A stretch of DNA of 64,000 nucleotides from an uncultured Methylomirabilota bacterium (GCA_963705305.1 OY970067.1:448001-512000); one strand, 5' to 3'. Positions 49,436 to 59,300 are shown, counted from the stretch's first letter. Numbers and translations: made by a program. Notes: a model not told the origin generated them from the sequence alone.

Positions 49436-50452
49436 CTATGCGAGCTTCCGAACCATGGTCAGGAGTTGCACGGCGTACTTCCCCAGATCCTCGGCTACCT
49501 TCATCTGCAGCGGGGCCGCCAGGGTCTCGAAACTGTTCTTATCGACCTGTTCGTGAAAGGTCACGCCCAGCCCCTTCAGGGCACTGACGGCCTCCGCTGC
49601 ATACTCCAGTGATTTTCGTGTGGCCAGCGGTCGTGCGTAGTCGGCTGCCCCTTGCACCCACTGCCGCTGCTCATCCGTCAGGCTGTTCCAGACCTTATCG
49701 CTCACCCAGAGGTGGAAGTTAGCGGCCTCGTGCTCGGTCTTCGAGAGGACCGGCGCCACCTCGTAGTGCTTGTTCTTGAGGTAAATGTCGTTCCCGTTCT
49801 CGGCGATGTCGACGAGTCCGGTCTGGAGCGAGGTGTACACCTGGCCGAAGGGCATGTGGACCGGGATGGCGTGGTAAGTAGTGATAAACGCATCTTCCGT
49901 CTTCGTGGCCTGGACCCGAAACTTTTTGCCCCTGATGTCACGGACATTCGAGATGGGGAACTTCGAGTACATGTTCCGCAAGGCCAGGGTCGACAGGCCG
50001 AGCGATCGGGCGCCCGTCGTGTTCTCTGCAATCATCTTTTTGAACGTCGCATTGATCCCCGGGTCATTCAGACACCTCTCGAGATGCGCGTCGTCTCGAA
50101 AGATATAGTGGAGCGAGAAGACGCCCGACTGAGGGACCACGGTGGCCGTGTTGGCGCTTGTGATGCTGGCGAAGTCGATGTCGCCCGTCCGGACCTTCTG
50201 GGCCATCTCGGGCTCCTGGCCGAGTGCCGCATCCGGGAATTGCCGGATCTTGAAGGTGCCGCCGCTCAACTCTTGCAGTTTGTGGTCGAAAGTGTCGGCC
50301 ATGTATCCGTATCCGGTCTCGTGAGGTTCGTCATAGCCGTAGGTAAAGCTTCGGGCGGATCCGGCCGCGTGGGCCTTTCGCACTACCCACGGTGCTGCCA
50401 CAGCGGCCCCCACGGTCGCGGAACGGATCAGGAAGGAACGTCTCGTCAACAT
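49436..50452 (-). CDS. dctP: TRAP transporter substrate-binding protein (Tat signal)
   Basis: TRRSFL Tat motif, GKKFRV, PFGQVYTSLQTGLVDIAEN and HYEV. Confidence 0.92.
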   Translation of the reverse strand: MLTRRSFLIRSATVGAAVAAPWVVRKAHAAGSARSFTYGYDEPHETGYGYMADTFDHKLQELSGGTFKIRQFPDAALGQEPEMAQKVRTGDIDFASITSANTATVVPQSGVFSLHYIFRDDAHLERCLNDPGINATFKKMIAENTTGARSLGLSTLALRNMYSKFPISNVRDIRGKKFRVQATKTEDAFITTYHAIPVHMPFGQVYTSLQTGLVDIAENGNDIYLKNKHYEVAPVLSKTEHEAANFHLWVSDKVWNSLTDEQRQWVQGAADYARPLATRKSLEYAAEAVSALKGLGVTFHEQVDKNSFETLAAPLQMKVAEDLGKYAVQLLTMVRKLA

Positions 50453-50574
50453 GATTGATCTCCTTGTGTCATAAGGGTCCAGGAAAATGCGAGCCCACGG
50501 TGACACCCCCCTCCAGGGGGGCGCCACGTCAGCGGTCCACCTGGATATCCCAGGGCCGCTTCATCGAAAACCCA

Positions 50575-51345
50575 CCTGTCAAGTCCGTCGCGGCCGGCAT
50601 AGCGCGGTAGATCCGGAAGAACAATGGTCGGGCCGACGGGCACATGAATCCTCTTTTCCTACCCGTGACTCCAGATCTGGCGTGTCGGGTGGCCTATTCT
50701 CCACTGCCATTCAAGCGAGCTGAACACTGCCTGGAGACCCCGATGAGTAAAAAACAGGAACTGGATGGACCAGCCGCGCCGGGTTCGACAGGGCCCATCC
50801 GAAGATGGACGGCAGCTGGAGGGGCACCAGGACCCGGAGAGCGATCAACGCCGTCCAGTGCTGGAGGTGGAGTGCGTTGGCTACGCGTCCCCATGAACGC
50901 CTCGACCTTGAGGTATCGCTTGCGGGCTCTGGAGAGGCATTCCGTCTGCCAGCAGTCCTGGTAGATCCGGGCAATGGGCGTGAGGGCGGGGGTGGGCTGG
51001 TTCGTGAGGTCTGGCGAGAGGTGGAACTTCACGGACCCCTTGGTCCGGCGGAACGTGCCCAGGCCGAACACCGAAGTGCAAAGATCAATGGCCGGGGAGT
51101 CCGGAGACCGGGGGGAGTGCTCGAACAGGAATCTCCGGAGGCCCCGGGCATAGCGCTCCGCGCGGTGTTCCTTGGCAACCCGCCGGAACTCCTCCCGGGC
51201 GAAGATCCGGAGCACCTGACTGGGCACGCTCACGACACACATCGCCGTTGCGCCTTCTCTCCGGCTGTGAAGCGGCGTCTCCGACCGATCTCCCCTAGAG
51301 CCGGGTGAGGCTCAGCATTCAACGCGGGCTAATTTGGACAGGGCA
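50575..51345 (-). pseudogene. Internally deleted IS4-family element remnant
   Basis: Fragments SQVLRIFAREEFRRVAKEHRAERYARG, IDLCTSVF...FRRTKGSVKFH, LTN...IARIYQDCWQTE...LKVEAFMGT and ANALHLQHWTALIA. TTTGGACAG end motif at about 51333. Confidence 0.75.
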
Positions 51346-51473
51346 ACGGATTATCACAGAAAGATCGAGGGTCCGCAACACGTTTTCGAGTTGTGATGCC
51401 CTTTCTGCTCCAGACCCATGCAGGCAAGAGGCAGGGCCTCAATTTCACGCGACATCTCGCGGCCGTTTGTCGA

Positions 51474-52469
51474 TCACATCGGAGCCGCGGGGATGGGGAC
51501 CGCCTTTCCTTCCGCGATTGCGCGGCGTGCCGCCTCCAGCACCTCGACGCAGGCACGGACCTCCATGGCCGAGGCCAGCGGCGTTCGGCCGTCTCGGATC
51601 GCCGTCAGGAACTCTCGCATTTGTGCGTCAAAGTTCGGGCCGCCCTGCAGGTACGGCCCGTACGACTCATCCACCGTGACCTGGTCATTGACGAGCAGGC
51701 GCGTGTCATCCGTCATGCGCATAGTGCCGCGCGCCGCCACGATGAACCGCTCATTGAATCCAGGGACGGCGTTGAAGGACAGGTGTCCGACCCCGATCCC
51801 CCCATCCGGGAAGTCCAGCAGGAGGGCTGCCTCGTCCTCTCCCTCCCACTGGGTGTTATGGCGCGCCACTGTGGCCTGCACCCGCACGGGACGACTGTCC
51901 ATGAGCCACAGGATCGTATCCACCACGTGCGGTCCGTTCAATCCAAGCGCGAGGCCTCCTGTTTTCTCGGCCGACGGCCACCATTCGGTCAGGACTCCCG
52001 GGAACTGGACCGCCAAGGTGTGGACAATGCTCAAAGCTGGGCCCATCTCGGCGAGGCATTCCTTGGCCCGTAGCGCCGCCTTCGTAAAACGACGGCATTG
52101 CGCCACCATGAGGACCACCTGACGTTGGGAGGCGATCCGGATCATCGCATCCGCCTCGGCAACGGTGTTGGCCAGGGGCTTTTCCACTAGAACGTGGCAC
52201 CCCGCCGCGGCCGCCGCGATGGCTTGAGGGGCGTGCAGGTGATTCGGTGAACAGAGAACGACCGCATCTAGTGCCCGGCCTGCGAGCGCTTCCTCAAGAT
52301 CCCCATAGACTCGACCGACACCATGTTGCCGTGCCACCGCCTGAGCCAACTCGCGTCGCCGACTCACGACCGCGGGAAGCTCTGCTAGGTCCGCGCACGC
52401 TTTCACCGCTCGGATATGCGCGGGCGATATCCTCCCCAATCCAACAATCCCGACCCTAAGCTTTTCCAT
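51474..52469 (-). CDS. Gfo/Idh/MocA-family oxidoreductase
   Basis: Motifs VGIVGLGRI, SPNHLH, HVLVEKP and GG...NGPH. Confidence 0.9.
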   Translation of the reverse strand: MEKLRVGIVGLGRISPAHIRAVKACADLAELPAVVSRRRELAQAVARQHGVGRVYGDLEEALAGRALDAVVLCSPNHLHAPQAIAAAAAGCHVLVEKPLANTVAEADAMIRIASQRQVVLMVAQCRRFTKAALRAKECLAEMGPALSIVHTLAVQFPGVLTEWWPSAEKTGGLALGLNGPHVVDTILWLMDSRPVRVQATVARHNTQWEGEDEAALLLDFPDGGIGVGHLSFNAVPGFNERFIVAARGTMRMTDDTRLLVNDQVTVDESYGPYLQGGPNFDAQMREFLTAIRDGRTPLASAMEVRACVEVLEAARRAIAEGKAVPIPAAPM

Positions 52470-52487
52470 GCAGCACCTCCTGTCCCC

Positions 52488-53249
52488 TCAATCCATCAGC
52501 ACCCCGCCATCGACGCTTAGGGTCTCCCCGTAGATATAGCTCGCCCCATCGGACACCAAGAACACCACCGCCGCAGCGATCTCTTCCGGCCGGGCAAAGC
52601 GCCCCAGGGGGATGCTCCTGGCCACCTGGTCTCGTTTGTCGGCAGCCAGGGGAGCATGCATCGGCGTATCGGTCGGACCCGGGCAGATACTGTTGATCCG
52701 AATCGACCCGCCGGCTAGTTCCCGGGCCACTGAGCGGGTAAACGCGATAACCCCGCCCTTCGAGGCTGCGTAGTGGGATGTAGAGATCCTCCCCCCTCCC
52801 CGCTTTCCCGTATCTGATGCAATAGTAACGATCCGCCCATCCCTTGCACGGTGCATTCCTTCTACCGCCCGCTGCACACACAAAAAAGTTCCCTTGAGGT
52901 TTACCGCGAGGACGCGATCCCATTCCTCCTCTGTGAGGTTGAGAAGCCGCGTCGTCCCGACAACGCCTGCACCCGTCACCAGGATGCGAGGCTCCTCCCA
53001 AGCTCTCGTGATCTGCTCGAAGGCTGCGTGCACCAACACCCGGCTGGTCACGTCCATAGGAATGGCCATGGCCGTCTTCCCTGTGGAGCGGATCTCTTCC
53101 GCGACCTGATTGGTCGCCTCACGGTTCATGTCGCAAACAGCGACACGGGCGTCGGCCGCCGCCAGCGCGAGCGCCACGGCCCTTCCGATACCGGACCCGG
53201 CACCCGTCACCACCGCCACCCTCTGCCCCAGATCAATCTGAAATGCCAT
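52488..53249 (-). CDS. Short-chain dehydrogenase/reductase (FabG-like)
   Basis: Motifs VTGAGSGIG, YAASKGG, NSICPG and GETLSVDGG. Confidence 0.92.
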   Translation of the reverse strand: MAFQIDLGQRVAVVTGAGSGIGRAVALALAAADARVAVCDMNREATNQVAEEIRSTGKTAMAIPMDVTSRVLVHAAFEQITRAWEEPRILVTGAGVVGTTRLLNLTEEEWDRVLAVNLKGTFLCVQRAVEGMHRARDGRIVTIASDTGKRGGGRISTSHYAASKGGVIAFTRSVARELAGGSIRINSICPGPTDTPMHAPLAADKRDQVARSIPLGRFARPEEIAAAVVFLVSDGASYIYGETLSVDGGVLMD

Positions 53250-53456
53250 GCTTGGATTCCTCCTCAATCGAAAATAGGATTTTCTATCAAAAGGCGGAAG
53301 GTTTCAACAAGAATGAGACACTCCAGGTTCCAATTTAGTGTGCAGCAACCTGTGGTTCCTGAAAATTCGTAATCAGCTTTCCGGTTGGCCTTTCCCTCAA
53401 TCTGCGCCACGCTGCCCGCCTTGATGATTCTCTCCTAGACCAAAGGATCCTGCCAC

Positions 53457-54020
53457 ATGATGCCCATCGTGCATGCACTGTTCGGCGCCGTGGTCGGTAC
53501 GTTTCGCTCGCGGATTGGTCTCCAACTTGAAATCGTGGCGCTGCGGCACCAGCTTGCACGGTCCCGCCGGTCGATCCGGCGGCCGGCGATCCGCCCCAGT
53601 GCCCGGATGCTCTAGGCATGGCTGGCCAGGCATTGGGGCCGGTGGCGCGAGGTTCTGGGCTTCGTGCAGCCGGCCACGGTGCTGGCCTGGCAACGCCGAC
53701 GGTTCCGGGAGCATTGGGTGCGGCTCAGCCGACGGATCACCCCGGGCCGCCCGGCGGCCAGCCAGGAACTCCGGACGCTGATCCGGGACATCTCGACCGC
53801 GAATCCGCGCTGGGGCTCGCCGCGAATCCAGGGGGAACTACGGAAGCTCGGGATTGCGGTGGCCAAATCCACGATCGAGAAGTATCGCATCCGCCCGTCG
53901 CGCCCCGCCTCTCCCTCCTGGAGAGCGTTCCTGCAGAATCACATGGCCGAGGTCGTCACCCTGGACTTCTTCACGGTCCCGACGGTCGGCTTCAAGGTGC
54001 TCTTCGTGCTCATCGTCCTG
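53457..54020 (+). pseudogene. rve integrase-core transposase, with an in-frame stop and truncated by HUH element copy 2
   Basis: LEIVALRHQL, in-frame TAG at 53613, VQPATVLAWQR, NPRWGSPRIQGELRKLG, and DFFTVPT...LFVLIVL ending at the element. A probable left end TGTGGTTCCTGAAAATTC lies at about 53351. Confidence 0.85.
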
Positions 54021-55124
54021 TGGATTAGGGGACGTTGCATTATCTGTCGAATCTCTTCATCGGCACCACCGCGGGATCGCGGCCTGCCAGTGGACAGCAT
54101 GGTGGGCCCCCCGCCGGGCGGCCAGGCTGACATTCCCCCGGGTCTGCCCGAGGGTGCGCGCGAGGGCACTCGCGGGGCGGCCGAGCACCTCCACCCAGAC
54201 GTAGGCGAGGAGCTGCCGGGCGGTGACCGCCGCCCGGGTCTGGGTGTGCCCGAGGAGTACGGGGCAACGGACGCCCAGGGCGGCGGCGAGCCGGGCGGCC
54301 AGCGTCTCGAGGGGGACGCGGGAGAGCCCTCCCGGCGGCGCCCCGGTGGGGGCGGCCCCGAGGACCGCCGTGACGAACGGCCCGCTCCCGAGGATCCGCG
54401 CATCGGCCTCGACGCGGGCCCCCGGCCGGCGGGCTGCCCGGACCGCCTGCCAGCCCCCCAGGCTGCGGACCAGGCCCCCGCCCTGGAGCTCCGGGCGGTG
54501 CCCCTGGGGGAGGCCTTCTGCCACGAACTGGCGGTAGGCGGCGGGGGTCCGGGAATGGCTGGCGCCGAACTGGGCGAGCACGGTCGCCGTGTCCTGCCAC
54601 GGGCGGGGGACGCTCCCGAGGAGGGCGCTGTGGCCGGTCCAGGGGTAGCGGGCCAGCGTCCGGAGGTCGGGGACGACCTGGGCCCGGATTGGGTTCAGGT
54701 GGAGGTAGCGGACCAGCTCCAGGAGGTACGGCTCTGCCTCCACGACGATGGATTTGTACCGGTTTTGGAAGAGGTGGCCCACCCGGCGGTGGCGCCGGTT
54801 GAAGGCGCCGGCGTACCCCGTGAGGAGGCTCCGCATGCTCCGGGGCAAGGGGCGCGAGCCCGTCCGGACCAGGAGGTGGGCGTGGTTCGGGAGGAGGGCC
54901 CAGGCGTAGACGGTGAGGGCCCCGCTCTCCGCGCGGGCGGCGAGCCGGGCGACGAAGTCGGCCCGGTCGGTGTCGTCCCGGAAGATCGTGGTCCGTTCGA
55001 TCCCCCGCACCATCACGTGGTGGAGGGTTCCGGGGGCATCCAGCCGTGCTTGCCGCGGCATGACAACGGGATGGTAGCAAAATGTGACAGATAATGCAAC
55101 GTCCCCTATTACGTCCCCTATTAC
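54021..55124 (-). mobile_element. TIR-bounded HUH/Y1 element, copy 2
   Basis: Same TIRs and, by eye, the same internal sequence as copy 1. Confidence 0.9.
54057..55061 (-). CDS. Y1 HUH transposase (same protein as 33027-34031)
   Basis: Identical 334-aa translation. Confidence 0.92.
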   Translation of the reverse strand: MPRQARLDAPGTLHHVMVRGIERTTIFRDDTDRADFVARLAARAESGALTVYAWALLPNHAHLLVRTGSRPLPRSMRSLLTGYAGAFNRRHRRVGHLFQNRYKSIVVEAEPYLLELVRYLHLNPIRAQVVPDLRTLARYPWTGHSALLGSVPRPWQDTATVLAQFGASHSRTPAAYRQFVAEGLPQGHRPELQGGGLVRSLGGWQAVRAARRPGARVEADARILGSGPFVTAVLGAAPTGAPPGGLSRVPLETLAARLAAALGVRCPVLLGHTQTRAAVTARQLLAYVWVEVLGRPASALARTLGQTRGNVSLAARRGAHHAVHWQAAIPRWCR

Positions 55125-55192
55125 TCCACGATTAGATCAGGTCGGACGCCGAGGATATGTCGGTCGAAGGCGGCAGATTGCAATTTACAGAA

Positions 55193-55233
55193 GGCCAGCG
55201 AGAGGCCTTCCTCAAGAAGCGCTCTCTCTGGCC
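55193..55233 (-). terminator. Hairpin downstream of the ABC binding-protein gene
   Basis: Imperfect stem GGCCAGCGAGAG...CTCTCTCTGGCC. Confidence 0.4.
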
Positions 55234-55278
55234 CACTCCGTTGCCGTAGGCCTCTCGAAGTCAACCGAGCATCTGCGA

Positions 55279-56559
55279 TTACTGGGCGCCGAGGGCTCGG
55301 TTGGCCGCGAGGTGCGCGTCATGCAAGGCTTGCTCGGGTGTCTTCACACCCGTGAAGGCCTCCTGGACCGCCGTGATGACGGCGTCCCCGATCTTCGGCC
55401 ACTCCGGGATGCGCGGGTCCAGCTTCACGAACGGGGTCTGCGCGGTGTAGACCTTCGCGAACTTGTCGTTTCGCATCTCCGGCCCGTTCTTGACGTCGAG
55501 GCGGGCCGGCAGGACGCCGGCGATCTTGTAGTCCATCAACTGCACGTCGTGGCTGTACCAGGCCTTGTAAACCTTCCAGGCAGCCTCGGGGTTCTTGGTG
55601 AAGGCGCTGATGACGAACACGCCGTACTCGACCGCTGTCACCTTCTTCTTGCCGACCGGAACCGGCGCAGCACTCAGCACCTCATGGGCTTTCAGGTTCG
55701 GGTTGAGCGCATTGATGATCCGCCAGGACTGCGGGACCGCGATGACCATGGAGACCTTCTCGAACGCCATTTGCGTCCGGACCTCCTGCGCTCCCTGCTC
55801 GACCACCCCCGGCGGGACCACCTTGTGCTTCGTGAACAGCTCGACGTAGAATTTGAAGCCCTCCAGCGCCTCCGGCGTGTCGAGCGCGGAGTGCTTCTCG
55901 TCCGGGGTGAGGTACTCTGCGCCCGCCCCCCAGAAGAGCGGGTTGAAGCGGAGGAATAGTCCTTCCTGGCGGGCGCCGATGAGGCCCACGCCGTACCGGG
56001 AGCCCGTCGTCAACTTCGTCGCATCCGCGATGAACTGGTCCCAGGTGGCCGGCGGCTTGGTCGGGTCGAGCCCCACCGCCTTGAAGTGGGCGGTGTTGTA
56101 GAGCAGCGCCATGGGGTTCACGTACTCGGGAATGCAGTAGATCTTTCCCTTGTACTTGCACACCTCGAGCGCGGCCTGATCGAACTGCGCCAGGAACTTT
56201 TGGCCGCCCTCCTTTGCGATGAACGGATCGAGGGCCAGAAGATAGCCGCGCTCCGCGAAGAACGGGATGGGCCGCTGGGTAAACTGCGCGAGGTCGGCCG
56301 CAGCCTTGGCCTGGGACTGCGCCGTGTAGACGGTTTCCTTGTCGGCGTACCGGCTCTCGTCGCGGACGACCTCGATGCCGGGATTGGCCTTGTTGAACTC
56401 CTGCTGGAAGTTTTCAAAAACGTGCACCGTGGGCGTCTCTCCCCAGTGCCAGCTCTGGAATCGGATCTTCACTTGGGCCGCGGCAGGGCAGGCGGAGACG
56501 ACGAGGAAGAGGGTGAGCAGCATGAGAACGAGGGACAACCAGCGCCGGTTCCGCTTCAC
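55279..56559 (-). CDS. ABC sugar-type substrate-binding protein
   Basis: GTG start after an AGGAGG RBS, signal peptide, FNKANPGIEV, YNTAHF..GLDP.KPPATWD and TPEQAL. Confidence 0.9.
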   Translation of the reverse strand: MKRNRRWLSLVLMLLTLFLVVSACPAAAQVKIRFQSWHWGETPTVHVFENFQQEFNKANPGIEVVRDESRYADKETVYTAQSQAKAAADLAQFTQRPIPFFAERGYLLALDPFIAKEGGQKFLAQFDQAALEVCKYKGKIYCIPEYVNPMALLYNTAHFKAVGLDPTKPPATWDQFIADATKLTTGSRYGVGLIGARQEGLFLRFNPLFWGAGAEYLTPDEKHSALDTPEALEGFKFYVELFTKHKVVPPGVVEQGAQEVRTQMAFEKVSMVIAVPQSWRIINALNPNLKAHEVLSAAPVPVGKKKVTAVEYGVFVISAFTKNPEAAWKVYKAWYSHDVQLMDYKIAGVLPARLDVKNGPEMRNDKFAKVYTAQTPFVKLDPRIPEWPKIGDAVITAVQEAFTGVKTPEQALHDAHLAANRALGAQ

Positions 56560-56734
56560 AGCACACCTCCTGGGAAAGGAGAGTCCACCACGCTGGCGCA
56601 GAAGCGCCCGAGATCGCATCGCGTCTGGCAGCCCATATGGCGCCGCTCCGATTGCCGCGCCCGTTCGCGGGACATAGGAACGGCTTCGCGTTTCAGCGCT
56701 CAGGCGGGCTTCGCACCCCCGAGCATGACCTTCG

Positions 56735-56973
56735 GGGCGGGGCTTTCCCTCGATCACGGGGGCGGTAGCGATGCTGAGCGGCATCACAGGGAGGAGACCC
56801 GGCTTGAAAATGCCCTGCGGACCAATCAGGGGAACCCGGGTGCCATCGAAGATGAACCCAGTGGCCAGAGTGGTGCGGGGTAGAACCTCCCCGTGGAGCT
56901 GGGTCTGCTCCGTGAGGAAGCCGAAGGCCGCCAGCCGGACGCGTTGGTCCAGATCAATCGCGGATCCGTCCAC
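56735..56973 (-). pseudogene. N-terminal fragment of a putative HNH restriction endonuclease
   Basis: GGAGG RBS, then DQRVRLAAFGFL...GFIFDGTRVPLIGPQGIFKP...PLSIAT, which resembles the N-terminus of HNH putative restriction endonucleases. It stops being homologous at KPRP. Confidence 0.6.
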
Positions 56974-57353
56974 TCCAGCTCCTCCGCTGTGGCGGCGATC
57001 ACTACCGCGTAGGCCAAGGCAAGAAGTGTACGGGCCAGGGTGAGCCCGGGAGACACGTCGGCTGGGGCGGTGAGGCCGCCCTTTGGGAGATGGCGCAATC
57101 AGGCGGCTGAGCGGGAGCGTACTCCTCGCCTGGGGGCCAGTCAAGAATCAAGACGGGGTAGGAATGGATCATCGCATCTTGCTCTGACCTCTGCCCTTTC
57201 TATGAATCATAATCACTCAGAATCACTGGAACCAGCTCAGACTTTCTGCTATGCTACGCCGTCTTTAAGACGATCCAATCTAATCGGGCAGTGACACACG
57301 GCGCGCTTCGACCCGCCCCACCCAACCTCTTGCTGACGAGAGGAGACCAATCT

Positions 57354-57611
57354 ATGCCAACCGATCTCACCACCACCCTGCGGAAAGCCCTTGCCGAGCT
57401 ACAGGCAGAGCAGGCACGGCTGGATCGGCAGATTGCGGGGATCCGGCAGATTCTTGCAGGAGATGAGCGCCCGCAAGTCCGGCGTGCCCCCGTGAAGCGG
57501 CGGGCCAAGGGACGCAAGCCGATGAGTGCGGCAGCCAAGAAGGCCTTGAGTCAGCGGATGAAGGCGTTCTGGGCGAAGCGGCGGGCAGAGAAGGCGAAAT
57601 CTAAGACGTAG
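57354..57611 (+). CDS. Small basic hypothetical protein, paralog of 15681-15956
   Basis: AGGAG RBS and the shared TTLRKALAELQA...KPMSAAAKKAxSQRMKAxWAxRRAE pattern. Confidence 0.78.
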   Translation: MPTDLTTTLRKALAELQAEQARLDRQIAGIRQILAGDERPQVRRAPVKRRAKGRKPMSAAAKKALSQRMKAFWAKRRAEKAKSKT

Positions 57612-57851
57612 GGAGCGCATCCGGGAGTGAATGGGAGTTCGCGGTGCTGTCGGGCCTGTGACGGGGGTGGCTGGTGCCAGGCGGACGGTGGAGACGCAGA
57701 CCAAGATGGCTGCCGTAATCCGCCGTCCGTAGAGCTTTGTCTCGAAATGCGAGTTGGTGCCGCAGGCGAGGCGGTCTGGGAGATCGGAAAGGTCGTCCCG
57801 CAGATGGCCATCCAGACCGTCTGACGCTCAGAGGGGGGAGGGAGCCCTGCC

Positions 57852-58199
57852 ATGCCGGAAGCGCCGCCGAAGCGCGTGTTGCTGCTGGGAGGTGAAGGGA
57901 TGGGCCGGGGGGACGACCGGCTCGGCCTGACCCTGCTGGAGAACTTCCTCAAAACCCTGGTGGGAAACCCGCTCCGCCCGGAGACGGTCGTCTGCTGGAA
58001 TGCCGGCGTCAAGCTCCTCACTGCGGATTCCCGCGTGGTCCAGCTGTTCCAGGATCTCCACGGCCTCGGCGTGGAGATCCTGGCCTGCAAGACCTGCGTG
58101 AACTTCTACAACCTCCAGGGGAAGCTGGGTGCTGGCGAGGTCGTCAGCATGCCCGTCATCGTCGACACGCTCTTGCATCACGATGTCCTGACGGTCTGA
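57852..58199 (+). CDS. DsrE-related / YedF-like sulfurtransferase domain protein
   Basis: Motifs MGRGDDRLGLTLL..FL, NAGVKL and GVEILACKTC..FY. Confidence 0.8.
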   Translation: MPEAPPKRVLLLGGEGMGRGDDRLGLTLLENFLKTLVGNPLRPETVVCWNAGVKLLTADSRVVQLFQDLHGLGVEILACKTCVNFYNLQGKLGAGEVVSMPVIVDTLLHHDVLTV

Positions 58200-58673
58200 T
58201 CTTCGACGATCGACCGGCCATTCCCCGCCGTCCCTGAGACCTTCCCGGCACACGCCCGCCCCATCCGGAGCCAAAGTTACGCTGGGATGTTGACTGCAAG
58301 CTCCCGCTCGGCCTCTTCCTCTGTGATCGCCTTCGCTCACGCCTCAACGCGGCAACGAATACGCTCTCGTGTTGGATGCTTCGAGCCTTCACGATATATG
58401 GGGTAGATGCTTTGCTACGCATCAGTCCGCGAATGACTGATCGAGCGGTCGTCTTGAACGGTCCTGACGTTGACCATCCTTGTGTAAACATAATGTACGA
58501 TACGGCAGGGTCGGCGTGGGCTTTCTTCAATGCTTCCATGGCAACACGCTCCACCTCCTCCATCGCCTCCCAGTAGGGCATCTCACGGGGCCATGTTCTG
58601 ACCAATGAAAATCCACTTCGATTGGTCCAGGGAGGTCTCGAAATCTTTTCCAGTCGCCTGTTTCGTATTTCAT
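58156..58673 (-). pseudogene. Hypothetical Smr-like protein, frameshifted
   Basis: GGAGG RBS, then MKYETGDWKRFRDLPGPIEVDFHWSEHG, a shift at the G-run 58587-58590, and PREMPYWEAM...FTQGWSTSGPFKTTARSVIRGLMRS. The true 3' end is uncertain. Confidence 0.55.
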
Positions 58674-58963
58674 ATCACCCTCCATTCCAACAGGTGGGTT
58701 AGCTGTCCTGAGTCAGCAGGAAAGACCGGATGCCATTCAGACATCTGGCCTGCCCCCCTTGGTTGGTCACCCGCAATGTTAGCTCAAACCGGCTCCTAAC
58801 GCCAGCGCCGGGCGCGGTTGGGCTGAGCCCACGACGATTATTCAATTTCCCCCCGGCCCTATAGCGGGAGCAGCGGGGGCGAAATTCGGAGGGTATTCCT
58901 GGCTGGTGATCTGAAGGGGCGCCCCGTTCGAGGAACACATGTCTCCCCGAAGAGGGTGAATCT

Positions 58964-59164
58964 CTAGCCGTTACACAAAGGTGTTGATAACGGTCGGCGT
59001 TTCGCTAGTAACGGCATGAATTGGTTGACCGAATCGGAACGCCTTGTCGGGGAAGAAATCTTCCTCGATGTCAGCTCAATCCGAAAAGGACGGAATGCGC
59101 TGTAACCACAGAGGAATCGCGCCTATTGACAAGCGAATCTTCAACACCTTTGTGTAGCGGGTAG
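58964..59164. mobile_element. 201-bp MITE with 24-bp TIRs and a 9-bp target duplication
   Basis: TIRs CTAGCCGTTACACAAAGGTGTTGA and TCAACACCTTTGTGTAGCGGGTAG (22/24 match). GGTGAATCT lies on both sides (58955-58963 and 59165-59173). Confidence 0.88.
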
Positions 59165-59207
59165 GGTGAATCTGGGGACTGGGTGGAGAGGGTTTCGCTG
59201 GTGTGAA

Positions 59208-59280
59208 GGGAAACGGAGCGCGTCAGTTGCCGGCGGGCCGTGCACCGGCGCAGCCGATCAACTGCACGCGCGGGTTAGGC
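59208..59280 (-). other. Integron attC site
   Basis: Minus strand reads GCCTAAC-ccgcg-cgtgcagttg...caactgacg-cgctcc-GTT. The L boxes carry an extrahelical base, and the site is 20 nt after the stop at 59301. Confidence 0.8.
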
Positions 59281-59300
59281 GCGCTTTTGCGGCTTCACAG

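Noticed and set aside
53664..55094. 476-aa ORF that looks like an integrase with a long novel C-terminus
   Set aside because: It is the truncated rve gene reading into the antisense strand of the inserted HUH element.
32977..55124. 22-kb composite transposon bounded by the two identical elements
   Set aside because: There is no outer target duplication and the outer flanks do not rejoin into one gene. It is not excluded, but it is unsupported.
57627..57824. Possible selD C-terminal remnant before the YedF-like gene
   Set aside because: Only AVWEIGKVV is suggestive, which is too little to call.
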